The position numbers and the translations under genes are program-made. Below are positions 19,147 through 29,608 of a stretch of DNA of 64,000 bases, piece after piece. Source of the stretch: an uncultured Alphaproteobacteria bacterium. GTDB taxonomy: Bacteria; Pseudomonadota; Alphaproteobacteria; JAJFIK01. Positions within the stretch are counted from its first letter, which is position 1. The number at the start of each line of letters is the position of its first letter. The stretch spans positions 148 through 64,147 of the forward strand of contig CAZFWG010000005.1 of assembly GCA_964522525.1 (NCBI GenBank), read 5' to 3'. The notes below the pieces were generated by a model. That model saw nothing but the letters and a program-made list of their open reading frames with translations. It did not search any database and was not told the DNA's origin.

Positions 19147-22100
19147 CCACACCCCCCACCGATCGTCCTACCGGATCCACCGAAACCTCTCCCTCCCGAT
19201 CGCCGGTCGACGTCTTCATCAGTCGTCCCGTCCTGGCCAGTGTCGTGAGCCTCTTTATTCTTCTGCTCGGCCTGAGGGCCGCATTCGATCTCCCGATTCA
19301 ACAGTTTCCGCGCATCGATGCCTCGAGCTTGGTCATTACGACATCCTTCGTGGGCGCCTCCGCGCCGGACGTCAAAGGCTTCGTGACCGAACCGATCGAA
19401 CGCGCGGTCGCGGCCGTCCCCGATATCGATTATGTCGACAGCCTCACGACCGCTGGCATTTCCACGGTCACGGTGTGGCTCGACTATGATGCCAATCCGG
19501 CCGAGGCCTTGTCGCAAGTCTCCGCGCAACTCGATGCCATCGCGTCTGACCTGCCCGAAGAAGCGCAACCACCGGCGATCGAGGTCCGCCGCGCCGATCG
19601 TCCGCAAGCAACATTTTACGTTGCCGTCACCTCCGACCAGCGCAGCCGTGCCGAGATTTCCGAATATCTGGCGCGGGAGGTGCAACCCGCCCTTTCCTCG
19701 CTGCCCGGTGTCCAACGCATCGGTCTTGAAGGCGCGCGGCCACCGGCCATGCGGGTTTGGCTCGACCCGGTCAAGCTGGCCGGGTTCAATGTCAGTGCGG
19801 ACGATATTCTTACCGCCCTGACCCGCAACAATCTCGTTGCTCCGATCGGTTCGGCCGAAAATGCCTCCATCGAGACGGATCTCCGGGCCAACACGGTTTT
19901 ACAGAGGCCCGAGGACTTCGAAAGCATTGTCCTGAAGCGCGAAAATGGGGCCACCGTGCGTCTCGCCGACGTGGCACGCATCGAGCTCGCCTCGGAAGAA
20001 GCCGATCTCGATGTCCGTCTTGACACGAAAGAAGCTGTCTATATCTCGGTTTGGCCCGCCGTCGGAGCCAATGAACTCGATTTGGCCGCCGCTCTTTATA
20101 AGGCGCTCGACAAGGTTCGGGCCGCAGCGCCTCAGGACATCCGTATCGAGACCGCCTTTGATGGCACGCTCTACACGCGCGATGCCCTGACCGAAATCGC
20201 CAAGACGCTCGCTGAGACCATCCTGATCGTGGGCGTCGTGGTCGTCTTGTTCCTGGGCTCCCTGAGGACCGCCCTTGTCCCGCTCGTGGCCATCCCGATC
20301 TCACTGCTCGGTGCCGTTGCGGCCATGGCAATCATGGGCTTTTCGCTCAATCTACTGACGATTCTCGCCATTGTGCTCGCGGTTGGCCTTGTTGTTGACG
20401 ACGCCATTGTGGTCGTTGAAAACACGATCAGACATGTGCGCGAAGGCAAGGCGCCGAAGGACGCCGCGCTGCTCACGGTCCGCCAACTGTTCTTTCCCAT
20501 CATCTCCATGACGATCACCCTTGCCGCGGTCTATGCGCCGATCGGATTTCTGGGTGGGTTGACTGGCGCGCTTTTCAAGGAATTTGCCTTCACGTTGGCC
20601 ATGGCCGTCATGGTTTCCGGTGTCGTCGCGCTGACGCTCTCCCCCGCCATGAGTGCCTGGCTTGCCACGGACCGGAACCAGGGCATGCTGGCCGATGCCT
20701 CTGCGCGGGTGTTCGAACGGGTGAGAAACGCCTATGAACCCCTGCTGGATACAGCGCTGAGCTATCGCGGGCCCGTGCTCCTGTTCGCAGCCGCGACTGT
20801 CGCGATCGCGCCGCTCCTCTATATGTTCTCCCTACAGGAGCTGGCGCCGGTCGAAGATCAGGGGGCGGTCAATGTCGTTCTTCAATCCGCCCCGGATGCC
20901 TCCCTCGACTATACGGTGCGGTATGCGAACGAAACGGTCGAACGGCTCTTGCAGACCGAGGCTGCGGATTATGTTTGGTCAGTTCGCACATCCGAAGGCG
21001 GCTTCGGCGGCCTTGAGCTCGTTCCGTGGAAGGAGCGCAGCGTTACGGCTCCGGATCTTCTTCAAACGGTGTTCTTCTCCGTCAGCGAACAGCCGGGGAT
21101 CCGCGTCTTTCCCATCCTGCCTTCGGCCCTGCCCAATGCCGGGAACTATGATGTTGAACTCGTCGTCCTTTCAACAGCGCCCCCGGAACGCATGCTCCCT
21201 TACGCGGAAACGCTGGTCCAAACAGCGCTCCAGAGCGGCGGGTTTATTTTCGCCGATACGGATCTGAAAATCGATCGGGGCGCCACCCGCGTCGAGCTTG
21301 ACCGGGATCGTATTGCCGATCTTGGCATGACGGTTGCCGATGTGGCCGGGCAGTTGGGCATTTTCCTTTCAGGCGCCCATGTCAGCCGTTTCGACTATCA
21401 GGGTCGCTCCTATGAGGTGATCCCACAGCTTGAGGATGATCTGCGTCTGTCACCGGCAACGCTCGACCTGATCCGGATCCGCACGCCCGATGGTGACCTG
21501 TTGCCCCTCTCTTCGATGGCCCGGCTTGTCGATGAGACCACGCCCCGCGCCCTCGGCCGCTTCCAGCAATTGAACGCCTTTCGCGTTTTCGGCGGGCTCG
21601 TCCCCGGAACGACAAAAGAGACGGGCCTTTCCATTCTTGAGGAGGCCGCTGCCGATATTCTGCCGTCGAATTACGGGATCGACTATGCGGGTGAATCGCG
21701 ACAGATCCGGCGCGAAGGTCAGACCCTTGCCGGAGTTCTCGGTATTTCGATCCTCGCGGTCTATCTCCTCCTCGCCGCCCAGTTCCAGAGTTTCCGAGAC
21801 CCGCTCGTCGTGCTTCTCGGCTCCGTTCCGCTTGCCCTGTCCGGTGCCTTGATCTTCACCTTCACCAATTTTGCGACAGTCAATATCTTTACACAGATCG
21901 GCTTGATCACCCTTGTCGGCCTCGTGGCCAAGAATGGCATTCTGGTTGTTGAATTTGCGAATGACCTTCAGGAGAACGGCCGCAGCCGGTTCGAGGCGGC
22001 GCGGGAAGCCGCGATCGTCCGGTTCCGTCCAGTCCTCATGACGACAATCGCAACGGTGGTCGGACATCTCCCCCTCGTTCTCGTCTCCGGTCCGGGTGCC

Positions 22101-22256
22101 GGTGCCCGCAACTCGATCGGCTTTGTTCTCGTCGGCGGCATGATCATCGGCACGCTCTTCACATTGATTGTTGTGCCCGTGCTCTACTCGCTGTTCGCAA
22201 GCGCAAAGCGTCCGTCACCGGCTGCCCCCTCCAAGGCTGTCGCCGTTCCGGCATGA
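19143..22256 (+). CDS. RND efflux transporter permease (AcrB/HAE family)
   Basis: 1037 aa, 12-TM AcrB architecture with two large periplasmic loops. N-terminus: VFISRPVLASVVSLFILLLGLRA. Confidence 0.9.
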   Translation: MTTPPTDRPTGSTETSPSRSPVDVFISRPVLASVVSLFILLLGLRAAFDLPIQQFPRIDASSLVITTSFVGASAPDVKGFVTEPIERAVAAVPDIDYVDSLTTAGISTVTVWLDYDANPAEALSQVSAQLDAIASDLPEEAQPPAIEVRRADRPQATFYVAVTSDQRSRAEISEYLAREVQPALSSLPGVQRIGLEGARPPAMRVWLDPVKLAGFNVSADDILTALTRNNLVAPIGSAENASIETDLRANTVLQRPEDFESIVLKRENGATVRLADVARIELASEEADLDVRLDTKEAVYISVWPAVGANELDLAAALYKALDKVRAAAPQDIRIETAFDGTLYTRDALTEIAKTLAETILIVGVVVVLFLGSLRTALVPLVAIPISLLGAVAAMAIMGFSLNLLTILAIVLAVGLVVDDAIVVVENTIRHVREGKAPKDAALLTVRQLFFPIISMTITLAAVYAPIGFLGGLTGALFKEFAFTLAMAVMVSGVVALTLSPAMSAWLATDRNQGMLADASARVFERVRNAYEPLLDTALSYRGPVLLFAAATVAIAPLLYMFSLQELAPVEDQGAVNVVLQSAPDASLDYTVRYANETVERLLQTEAADYVWSVRTSEGGFGGLELVPWKERSVTAPDLLQTVFFSVSEQPGIRVFPILPSALPNAGNYDVELVVLSTAPPERMLPYAETLVQTALQSGGFIFADTDLKIDRGATRVELDRDRIADLGMTVADVAGQLGIFLSGAHVSRFDYQGRSYEVIPQLEDDLRLSPATLDLIRIRTPDGDLLPLSSMARLVDETTPRALGRFQQLNAFRVFGGLVPGTTKETGLSILEEAAADILPSNYGIDYAGESRQIRREGQTLAGVLGISILAVYLLLAAQFQSFRDPLVVLLGSVPLALSGALIFTFTNFATVNIFTQIGLITLVGLVAKNGILVVEFANDLQENGRSRFEAAREAAIVRFRPVLMTTIATVVGHLPLVLVSGPGAGARNSIGFVLVGGMIIGTLFTLIVVPVLYSLFASAKRPSPAAPSKAVAVPA

Positions 22257-23095
22257 TCGAGGCGGCCGCCACGAAGAGATCGACTGGCATCGTCAAAGGA
22301 GGCGGCCTTGAGCGCCCCTCCGAACCACACTCGCAAGACGACGAGAGGCCGCCGGAAGGTGTTCAGCACGCTAATTTATATTCGCCTCCTAAAGTCTCCG
22401 CGAAACATAGAGCACCTGCCCCAAGCACGTCGTATCGAGGTCGGCACAGACCCGTGCTCTCTTCATGAAACCAGTTTGAGTCCACGCCTGCAATTGTAAC
22501 GACAAGCGGGATTCTGGTATTGATCAGCGCCTCATCCCTCACCGCCTCACACACTATCCTTTTAGTGATTGAGCCGTGGCATGACATGACCTGGCTTATT
22601 GGGTATCAAGCCGGGAAACTGCAATCGCCCCGTCTTGTATTGAACTCAGGCTGAGGCGTGTAGTGATGAATTCCCTGGGAGCAACGGCGATGTTCATGCC
22701 GGTCGTGCTGATTGGCATCGCCGCTGGTCACACAACACCAATCAAAGCCACGACAGCTTTGACCTTTTTTGCCGCACGCATGCGCCATCTCCTTTTTTAG
22801 GGTTGCAATGCGTTTGCGTTCAGAACACTGGCCTGGCTCACCTCGGTCTGTGCCCTCATCGTCCAAGGCGCCGCCATAGGATGGGCAGCCGTCTACGGCT
22901 AGAGGACATGGTGGTCCTGATGGCTCCGCGCAAACCTTGGCTTTTTCCGAGAGCCCCGCGTTCTGCAATCCTGGCGACAGATTGATCGCGAACACCGGCG
23001 GACCGTCAAAGACTTGCGCGTTTCGTCGGATGGCATACAAGAATCGACTTTTCGTGGTCATCGCGGCAAGCTGGGATGATGAACGGACATCATGG

Positions 23096-24448
23096 ATGGG
23101 TATCATGCATCTCAGACTCCTTGCTGCGGCGCTGCTCTCTCTCGCCTCGACTTCCGCTGCCTGGGCCAATGACCAGGGTCGTGTGATCACCGGTGAGCGC
23201 GCGATCCTCGACCATCGCGAGCGACCGGCGGCGGAGAATGCCATGGTGCGGGATCGGCTTGAAACCCTGTTGCCGAAACTGATGGATGAAACGGGCATCG
23301 ACATGTGGCTGGTGATCAATCGTGAGTATGCGGAGGACCCCGTCTATTTCACGCTGGTGCCGCAGCCGTCCTTCGCAGCGCGGCGGACGACGATCCTGAT
23401 GTATCATCGCCATGGCGAGGAGTTCGACATGGTGACGGTCAACCGCTATCCGCTCGGCGAACCATATGAGGTCGGTTGGGAAGGCGGCGACCTGGAGGCC
23501 CAGTGGGAGGCCTTGGGGCGGCTCATTGTCGAGAAAAGCCCCAACAAGATCGGGATCAACATCTCCAATGACTGGCCCGTCGCCGATGGTCTGACCCATG
23601 GGATGTATAAGCGGCTGGAAGCAGTTCTGCCTCCTGAATATCGGGAACGCTTTGTCCCCGCCGAGGACCTGGTCGTGCGCTGGGCCGAGACGCGCAGCGA
23701 ACGGGAACTTGAGCTGTATGGTCACGTTGTAGGGCTCGCGCGCATGGTTATTGGCGAAGCCTTTTCCAGCCGGGTGATCACGCCCGGCGTCACCACCACC
23801 GATGACGTGGCATGGTATCTGCGCCAGCGCTTTGAGGACTTGAACTTGCCGCCCTGGTTCATGCCCTATGTGAATATCCAGCGGCCGGGCCTCGACTGCG
23901 AAGAGGATCAGGCGTTCTGCGGCGAGACCGGGGTCATCCATCGCGGTGATGTGCTGCATACAGATGTTGGCATCTGCTATTTCAAGCTCTGCACCGATAC
24001 CCAGGAAATGGCCTATGTCCTGCGCCTAGGCGAAGCGGACGTACCGAGTGACATGAAAAAGGCGATGGAGGCCGGCAATCGGTGGCAGGATTATCTGACA
24101 TCATCCTTTGAGGTGGGCCGCACGGGCAATGAAGTCCTCGCGCGCACCCGTCGGAAGTGTGACCGCAACGATGTGATTTGCAGCGTCTATTCGCACCCCA
24201 TTGGTTTCTTTGGTCATGCTCCAGGACCGACAATTGGCATGTGGGACAATCAGGGGGAGACGCCCATTCGCGGTGACTGGCCGGTTTATGCGAATACCTG
24301 CTACGCGATTGAGGGCAACATCAAGACATCGCTGTCCTCTTGGGATGATCAACTGGTACAGATCAAGCTGGAACAAAGCGCCTGTTATGATGGTGAGAAT
24401 GTACACTATCTTGCCGGTCGGCAGACAGAGTGGCACGTGGTCGATTGA
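23096..24448 (+). CDS. M24 family metallopeptidase (Xaa-Pro peptidase/creatinase-like) with signal peptide
   Basis: Signal MGIMHLRLLAAALLSLASTSAAWA. It has a creatinase-N-like region and pita-bread fold motifs (HRGDVLHTDVG, HPIGFFGHAPGP). The start could also be 23105. Confidence 0.7.
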   Translation: MGIMHLRLLAAALLSLASTSAAWANDQGRVITGERAILDHRERPAAENAMVRDRLETLLPKLMDETGIDMWLVINREYAEDPVYFTLVPQPSFAARRTTILMYHRHGEEFDMVTVNRYPLGEPYEVGWEGGDLEAQWEALGRLIVEKSPNKIGINISNDWPVADGLTHGMYKRLEAVLPPEYRERFVPAEDLVVRWAETRSERELELYGHVVGLARMVIGEAFSSRVITPGVTTTDDVAWYLRQRFEDLNLPPWFMPYVNIQRPGLDCEEDQAFCGETGVIHRGDVLHTDVGICYFKLCTDTQEMAYVLRLGEADVPSDMKKAMEAGNRWQDYLTSSFEVGRTGNEVLARTRRKCDRNDVICSVYSHPIGFFGHAPGPTIGMWDNQGETPIRGDWPVYANTCYAIEGNIKTSLSSWDDQLVQIKLEQSACYDGENVHYLAGRQTEWHVVD

Positions 24449-24515
24449 GACAGAAGGACGGGGACCGGGATCGTTTGAGAAATCAGACGGAAAGGTTGTC
24501 CGTCGGGAGAAACAG

Positions 24516-24908
24516 ATGGCCTCATTTGTCGACACACTTGAGGGACAAGAAAAGACCCGTGCGGATGCACTCCGCCGCATCATATTGGATGCCGATAAAG
24601 CGGTGCGTGAGGTAGCGGCGCCCATTATGCGTGCCACCGATGCCCTGACCTATGAGGAAGACGGCGTTTTCAAATACGGCTTAGCGGCGGCCAAGGCCCA
24701 TGTGTCCTTTCATTCAATGGTGATGTATGCGCACAAAGACATTGCCGACCTTACCAAGGAATTGTTCCCCGCGTCGAAAGTCCAGAAAGGCTGCGTCAAT
24801 TTCCCTGACTTCGCCGCCATGGAACCGGAAACCTTCAAGCGTCTCCTTCAAGAAAGTGCGCAGGCAGATTTTTCCGGTGTCATTGCTCACTACAAAAAGA
24901 AGCGATGA
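24516..24908 (+). CDS. Small cytoplasmic protein, DUF1801/YdhG-like (tentative)
   Basis: ATG 24516 follows GGGAGA. The 130-aa product is MASFVDTLEGQEKTRADALRRIILDADKAVREVAAPIMRATDALTYEEDGVFKYGLAAAKAHVSFH... The ORF-track start at 24201 is an upstream extension overlapping the previous gene. Confidence 0.5.
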   Translation: MASFVDTLEGQEKTRADALRRIILDADKAVREVAAPIMRATDALTYEEDGVFKYGLAAAKAHVSFHSMVMYAHKDIADLTKELFPASKVQKGCVNFPDFAAMEPETFKRLLQESAQADFSGVIAHYKKKR

Positions 24909-25225
24909 GGCAGCACCAACCGAAGACAGACCCCGAGCTCATCCGGTTAGCCTTGCCCCGACTCGTTTGAACGCAGCCAATTGGGGCGCGTTGTCAAAAA
25001 AGGTCCGAGACCATAATCGTAAACCTCCTCCCATAACGCTCCTCATTGATCTTATTGGATTTTTCTTATCCTGTATCCGTGCCTAAAATCGTCTCAAAAC
25101 AATCTAAAAATTCTCCTGCAAAACTGCAGGAAGGCAGGCCACCGACAAGACTTGCGGTTAAGGCCAGATGAGCGCGCACGACGGCCACAAGAGGCTGGCC
25201 CCATGGTGACAAAAGGAGATTGACC

Positions 25226-26581
25226 ATGACCCTGGAGGCAGCGCTGGCCTTGACGCGCTTTGGCCTCGGGCCGCGACCCGGGGAACTCGACAAGACGGCC
25301 CGGGACCCCAAGGGCTGGCTGCGCCGACAGACCCGGGACGGCGACGCTTCGGTCCTCCCCTCGTCAGAAGCGGACGATCTGCTGAGTGGAGCGGAGGGCA
25401 TGAAGGCTCTGCGCACCTATCTCAGGGACAGGCGCGGCAGCGAGGGGGACAAGCGCGAAGAGATGGCCACCGCCTTCCGCGCGTTGTCCCGGGAAAAATA
25501 CCTCAAGGACATGACCGCCCGGTTCAATCGCGGCCTGTCGGCCCCGGACGGCTTCCGTGAGCGGATGGTTTATTTCTGGTCTGACCATTTCACGATTTCC
25601 GTGGCAGGTAAGGGCATCCTCACGCTCATGGCCGGCAGTCTGGAGCGCGAGGCCGTGCGGCCCCGTGTCATGGGCCGCTTTGAGGACATGTTGATTGCCG
25701 CGACCGCCCATCCGGCGATGCTGATCTATCTCGACAACATCCGCTCCTTCGGCCCCAATTCACCCGTCGGGCGGCGCCGGAACCGGGGCTTGAACGAAAA
25801 CCATGCCCGCGAGATCCTGGAGCTGCACACGCTTGGCGTGGACGGGGGCTATACACAGGACGACGTGGTGGCCCTCGCCAAGATTTTGACCGGCTGGACA
25901 ATCGATCGCGAGACGGGGGCGTTCCGTTTCCGTCCTGTTGTCCATGAGCCCGGCGCCCAGACGGTCTTGGGACGGACCTATGACCAGAACGGCGTCAAGC
26001 AGGGCCGGAAAGTCCTGCGCGATTTGGCCCGGCATCCGGCGACGGCACGCCATGTGGCCCGCAAGCTCGCGGTGGCGATGCATTCCGATAACCCGCCAGA
26101 AAGCCTGATCAGCCGGCTTGAAAACAGTTTCCTGAGAACCGGAGGGGATCTCGGCGCGCTTGCCGAGGCACTGATCGCCGCGCCGGAAATGTGGACCGCA
26201 GAACAAGCCAAAATCAAGACACCCGAGGATCTCGTGCTCTCGGCCATCCGCATCCTCGGAGCACGGAACAGCGCAGATCGCCAGCCGCTGCTGCGCTCAT
26301 TGCAGCTTCTGGGTCAGCGCCCCTTCGCCGCGCCCTCCCCGGCCGGCTGGCCCGACACGGCCGCGGACTGGGCCGGTCCCAATGCCCTGCAGCAGCGCCT
26401 CGAATGGGCCAATACGCTCTCCCAACGGATCGGCCGCTTCGCCGGTCCGCCGCTTCACATCGCGGAAGCCGCGCTGGGTCCGCTCCTGTCCGATCGCACA
26501 CGGCAAGCCATCGAAGGAGCGATGACGGCCGAGCAGGGATTGGCTCTGTTTCTGATGAGCCCGGAGTTTCAGCGCCGCTGA
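25226..26581 (+). CDS. DUF1800 family protein
   Basis: ATG 25226 sits 7 nt after AAAAGGAGA. It is ~450 aa and paired with a Tat-signal DUF1501 protein downstream, the classic DUF1800/DUF1501 arrangement. Confidence 0.7.
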   Translation: MTLEAALALTRFGLGPRPGELDKTARDPKGWLRRQTRDGDASVLPSSEADDLLSGAEGMKALRTYLRDRRGSEGDKREEMATAFRALSREKYLKDMTARFNRGLSAPDGFRERMVYFWSDHFTISVAGKGILTLMAGSLEREAVRPRVMGRFEDMLIAATAHPAMLIYLDNIRSFGPNSPVGRRRNRGLNENHAREILELHTLGVDGGYTQDDVVALAKILTGWTIDRETGAFRFRPVVHEPGAQTVLGRTYDQNGVKQGRKVLRDLARHPATARHVARKLAVAMHSDNPPESLISRLENSFLRTGGDLGALAEALIAAPEMWTAEQAKIKTPEDLVLSAIRILGARNSADRQPLLRSLQLLGQRPFAAPSPAGWPDTAADWAGPNALQQRLEWANTLSQRIGRFAGPPLHIAEAALGPLLSDRTRQAIEGAMTAEQGLALFLMSPEFQRR

Positions 26582-26608
26582 AAGATCCGCCCGAAAGGAG
26601 TGATGCTG

Positions 26609-27808
26609 ATGACCATCGAACCCCGTTTTTTCCCCTCCCGGCGCGGCGTTCTGGCGGGCGGTCTCGCGGCTGCGGCCCTCAGCCGGACCGGCGCCCTGTT
26701 CGCCGCGGCGCCCACGGAGCATCGCTTTGTCTTCATCATCCTGCGTGGCGGCCTCGACGGGCTGTCGGCCGTCGTCCCGGTCGGAGATCCGGCCTATGCC
26801 GATCTGCGGCGCGCGACCCGTATTTCGGCTGGTGACAGCCTTGCGCTTGACAACGAATTCGCCCTTCACCCGGCCCTCACCGGGATCCATGGCCTCTATC
26901 AGGCTTCCGACGCGACGTTGATCCACGCCTGCGCCACCCCCTATCGCGACCGTTCCCATTTCGACGGCCAGGACGTTTTGGAGAACGGCGGCACCCAGGC
27001 ATTGGCGATTAAGGACGGCTGGCTCAATCGTGCATTGGCCGGTTTGCCGGGCGCTTCCGGTCTGGCGGTGGGACAGAATCTGCCCCTGGTGCTCAGGGGC
27101 AAGGCCGACGCAACCACATGGGCGCCCTCGGTCTTGCCCGATGTTGATCCTGACACGATCAATCGTCTCCAGCGGCTCTATGCTGACGATCCCATCCTGG
27201 GTCCCTCCTTCGAGCGGGCCATTGCCACGGAAGCGCTGGTGGGCGACGGGGTCCTGGACAATAGGGCCATGGGCGCGCGCCGCCGAGGCGGGCCCGGCTT
27301 CTATGGCGTTGCCGCTGAAGCGGCAGCATCCCTCTTGCGCGATCCAAAGGGGCCGCGCGTCGCCGTGCTGCAGTTCGACGGTTGGGATACTCACGCCCGT
27401 CAGGGCGGCGTGCAAGGGCAACTTGCCGGCAGATTGCGCGCCATGGACCAGGCTGTAATGACCCTCAAGGAAACACTTGGTCCGGTCTGGCAGAAGACTG
27501 TTGTGTTGATGGCAACCGAGTTTGGAAGGACCGCAGCCGAAAACGGCACTGGCGGCACCGATCATGGCACGGCGGCGGCGGCGGTTTTGCTGGGCGGGCC
27601 CGTGCAAGGTGGCCGCGTCATTGCCGACTGGCCCGGGTTGGGACGGACCGACCTTTATGAGGGCCGCGATCTCCGTCCCACGCTGGATTTGCGCAGCCTA
27701 CTGAAAGGGGTTCTTGCCGAGCATCTGGGGTTGGGCACGCGCCTTCTTGAGGATCAAGTCTTTCCCAGCAGCCGAGAGGCCCCACCCCTGGCGGGTCTTG
27801 TTGTCTGA
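26609..27808 (+). CDS. DUF1501 family protein (Tat-exported, alkaline-phosphatase/sulfatase-like fold)
   Basis: Twin-arginine signal MTIEPRFFPSRRGVLAGGLAAAALSRTGALFAAA. AAAGGAG lies 8 nt upstream. It sits 19-28 nt after the DUF1800 stop. Confidence 0.75.
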   Translation: MTIEPRFFPSRRGVLAGGLAAAALSRTGALFAAAPTEHRFVFIILRGGLDGLSAVVPVGDPAYADLRRATRISAGDSLALDNEFALHPALTGIHGLYQASDATLIHACATPYRDRSHFDGQDVLENGGTQALAIKDGWLNRALAGLPGASGLAVGQNLPLVLRGKADATTWAPSVLPDVDPDTINRLQRLYADDPILGPSFERAIATEALVGDGVLDNRAMGARRRGGPGFYGVAAEAAASLLRDPKGPRVAVLQFDGWDTHARQGGVQGQLAGRLRAMDQAVMTLKETLGPVWQKTVVLMATEFGRTAAENGTGGTDHGTAAAAVLLGGPVQGGRVIADWPGLGRTDLYEGRDLRPTLDLRSLLKGVLAEHLGLGTRLLEDQVFPSSREAPPLAGLVV

Positions 27809-27960
27809 AGGAAATCGACCGGCGCCCCTTGGCCGAGAACGGAAGACTGGACCGTCAGAGGCTTTCGCTTTTCGTCCGACATCAGCATGCTTTGTACGGA
27901 CAGTCTTGGGGCATCTGGCCAATATTGTTTTCGTGAACCTTGATCACGCGGGACAGAACG

Positions 27961-29142
27961 ATGAGCTTCAAACATCTTTTTTCGCGGTCCCTTACCGCCG
28001 TACCCGAGCGCCTGCATTTTGCCGCCCACAGCCATCATCTGTGGCCGGATGCGGCCTTTGAGGGTCACGCCGAAGCAGCCGAAGACGCCGCTTTTCTCGC
28101 TGATCACAAGTGGGACAAAGTCTTTGGCGAAGTGTTGCCGTCGGTGAAGAACGACGTTGCGCAAGAGCTCAATCTCCCTGATCCGGAAACGGTCACGTTC
28201 GCAACCAATACCCATGAACTCATTATACGGATGGCCTCCTGCTTCCCCATTGACCAGCCCTTGCGTATCTTGACCACGGATGGCGAGTTTCACAGTCTGA
28301 GCCGCCAAGCCAAACGGTGGGAACAGGCAGGAAGCGCAAAGATCCACTGCGTGCCGGTGGAGCCTTTTTCAACGTTTCAGGACCGCTTTATGGGCGCCGT
28401 GAGTGCCGGGGAGTTCGACTGGGTTTTCCTCAGCCATGTTTTCTTCGGATCGGGACACGTGGTGCCGGACCTTTCCGCATTGGCCGGTGTGCTGAGCGCC
28501 CGCGCCGAATGGCTCATCATAGATGGCTATCACAGTTTCATGGCGCTGCCGGTCGACTTTTCCTCCCTGGCCGACCGGGCATTTTTCCTGTCCGGTGGCT
28601 ACAAATACGCGATGGCGGGCGAAGGCGCATGTTTCCTTCATGCACCGCCGAACTATGGACCCCACCCCGTGAACACGGGATGGTATGCCGCCTTTGGTGT
28701 TTTGGCGGAACATCAAGGCAATGATGTTCCATATGCCTTGAATGCGTCGAGGTTTGCCGGTGCCACGTTCGATCCTTCCGGCCTTTACCGTTTTCGCGCC
28801 ATCCGAGACCATCTTTATAAGGAGGGTTTAACGACCGGAAGGATAAGTTCCCATGTGAAGGCTCTCCAAGATCAGTTTGTCGACGCGGTTCAACGCGGAC
28901 AGGCAGGAGAGCTGGCGGAGGCAGAACTGATCGCAAACCCGACCTGCAAAGACCGGGCCCGTTTTTTGGCCTACCGTCATCCTGATACCGCTCAATGGAA
29001 CAATGCCCTTTCAGCCGCCGGCGTCGTGACGGATGTTCGCGGCGATACGATTCGCTTTGGTTTTGGTCTCTATCACGATCCGGAGGATGTCGAACGCCTG
29101 ATCAAACAGTGCGCCCGCCTTCTGGGCAAGCGCGCCACCTGA
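27961..29142 (+). CDS. Kynureninase-like PLP-dependent enzyme (aminotransferase class V fold)
   Basis: FATNTHELIIRMASCF, IDGYHSFMALPVDF and LSGGYKYAMAGEGACFLH align in pattern with kynureninase NxHxL / DLAHAVGN / CSYKYLNAGAGG (PLP-Lys). ~394 aa. The start could be 27940. Confidence 0.55.
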   Translation: MSFKHLFSRSLTAVPERLHFAAHSHHLWPDAAFEGHAEAAEDAAFLADHKWDKVFGEVLPSVKNDVAQELNLPDPETVTFATNTHELIIRMASCFPIDQPLRILTTDGEFHSLSRQAKRWEQAGSAKIHCVPVEPFSTFQDRFMGAVSAGEFDWVFLSHVFFGSGHVVPDLSALAGVLSARAEWLIIDGYHSFMALPVDFSSLADRAFFLSGGYKYAMAGEGACFLHAPPNYGPHPVNTGWYAAFGVLAEHQGNDVPYALNASRFAGATFDPSGLYRFRAIRDHLYKEGLTTGRISSHVKALQDQFVDAVQRGQAGELAEAELIANPTCKDRARFLAYRHPDTAQWNNALSAAGVVTDVRGDTIRFGFGLYHDPEDVERLIKQCARLLGKRAT

Positions 29143-29218
29143 TCCAAATCCGTCGCACCTGTTGGAGCCCCCGTCAGTTTCAAGAAATTCCGGATCATGG
29201 AAATGATCCGAAGTCTCT

Positions 29219-29608
29219 TCATGAGCGATCTACGGTAAGACGGCGGGCCCAGCGGCGAATATGGGCCAAGGCCAAGAGGCTGCTCCCGGCGACTGTGAGC
29301 AGTGTTTCGTGGTCATGCAGCTGTTCGACAAAGGCCGCCGCCAGCAACAGAGTCAGTGCCACGACGGCAAGCACGGCGAATTCATACCGCCCTTCCTGCC
29401 CTTGATCATTCAGTACCGAGATCATGGGGATCGGCAAGGCGAGCACCACGAGCACGCGATGGACCCATTCCGCTTCCGCCAAGGTGCCCAACAGGGGAAG
29501 GCTCAAGGACAACAGGGGCAATGCCAGACAATGGATCAGGCAAAGAGCCGAAAGGGCAATGGCGGTTGCATCAAGGGCCGTTTGGGAGCGGAATATTTGG
29601 GTGTTCAT
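29219..29608 (-). CDS. MerC-domain-like small inner-membrane protein (4 TM, CxxxC in TM1)
   Basis: 129 aa. ALSALCLIHCLALPLLSLSLPLL is followed by three more hydrophobic helices. The start overlaps the upstream gene's stop (ATGA at 29605-29608), making it the last gene of the cobW operon. Confidence 0.5.
   Translation of the reverse strand: MNTQIFRSQTALDATAIALSALCLIHCLALPLLSLSLPLLGTLAEAEWVHRVLVVLALPIPMISVLNDQGQEGRYEFAVLAVVALTLLLAAAFVEQLHDHETLLTVAGSSLLALAHIRRWARRLTVDRS

Noticed and set aside
22606-23319. 237-aa minus-strand ORF in the large intergenic gap
   Set aside because: Ser/Arg/Cys-rich with no domain pattern. It overlaps the N-terminal extension and signal-peptide region of the M24 peptidase frame, and it lacks an RBS.
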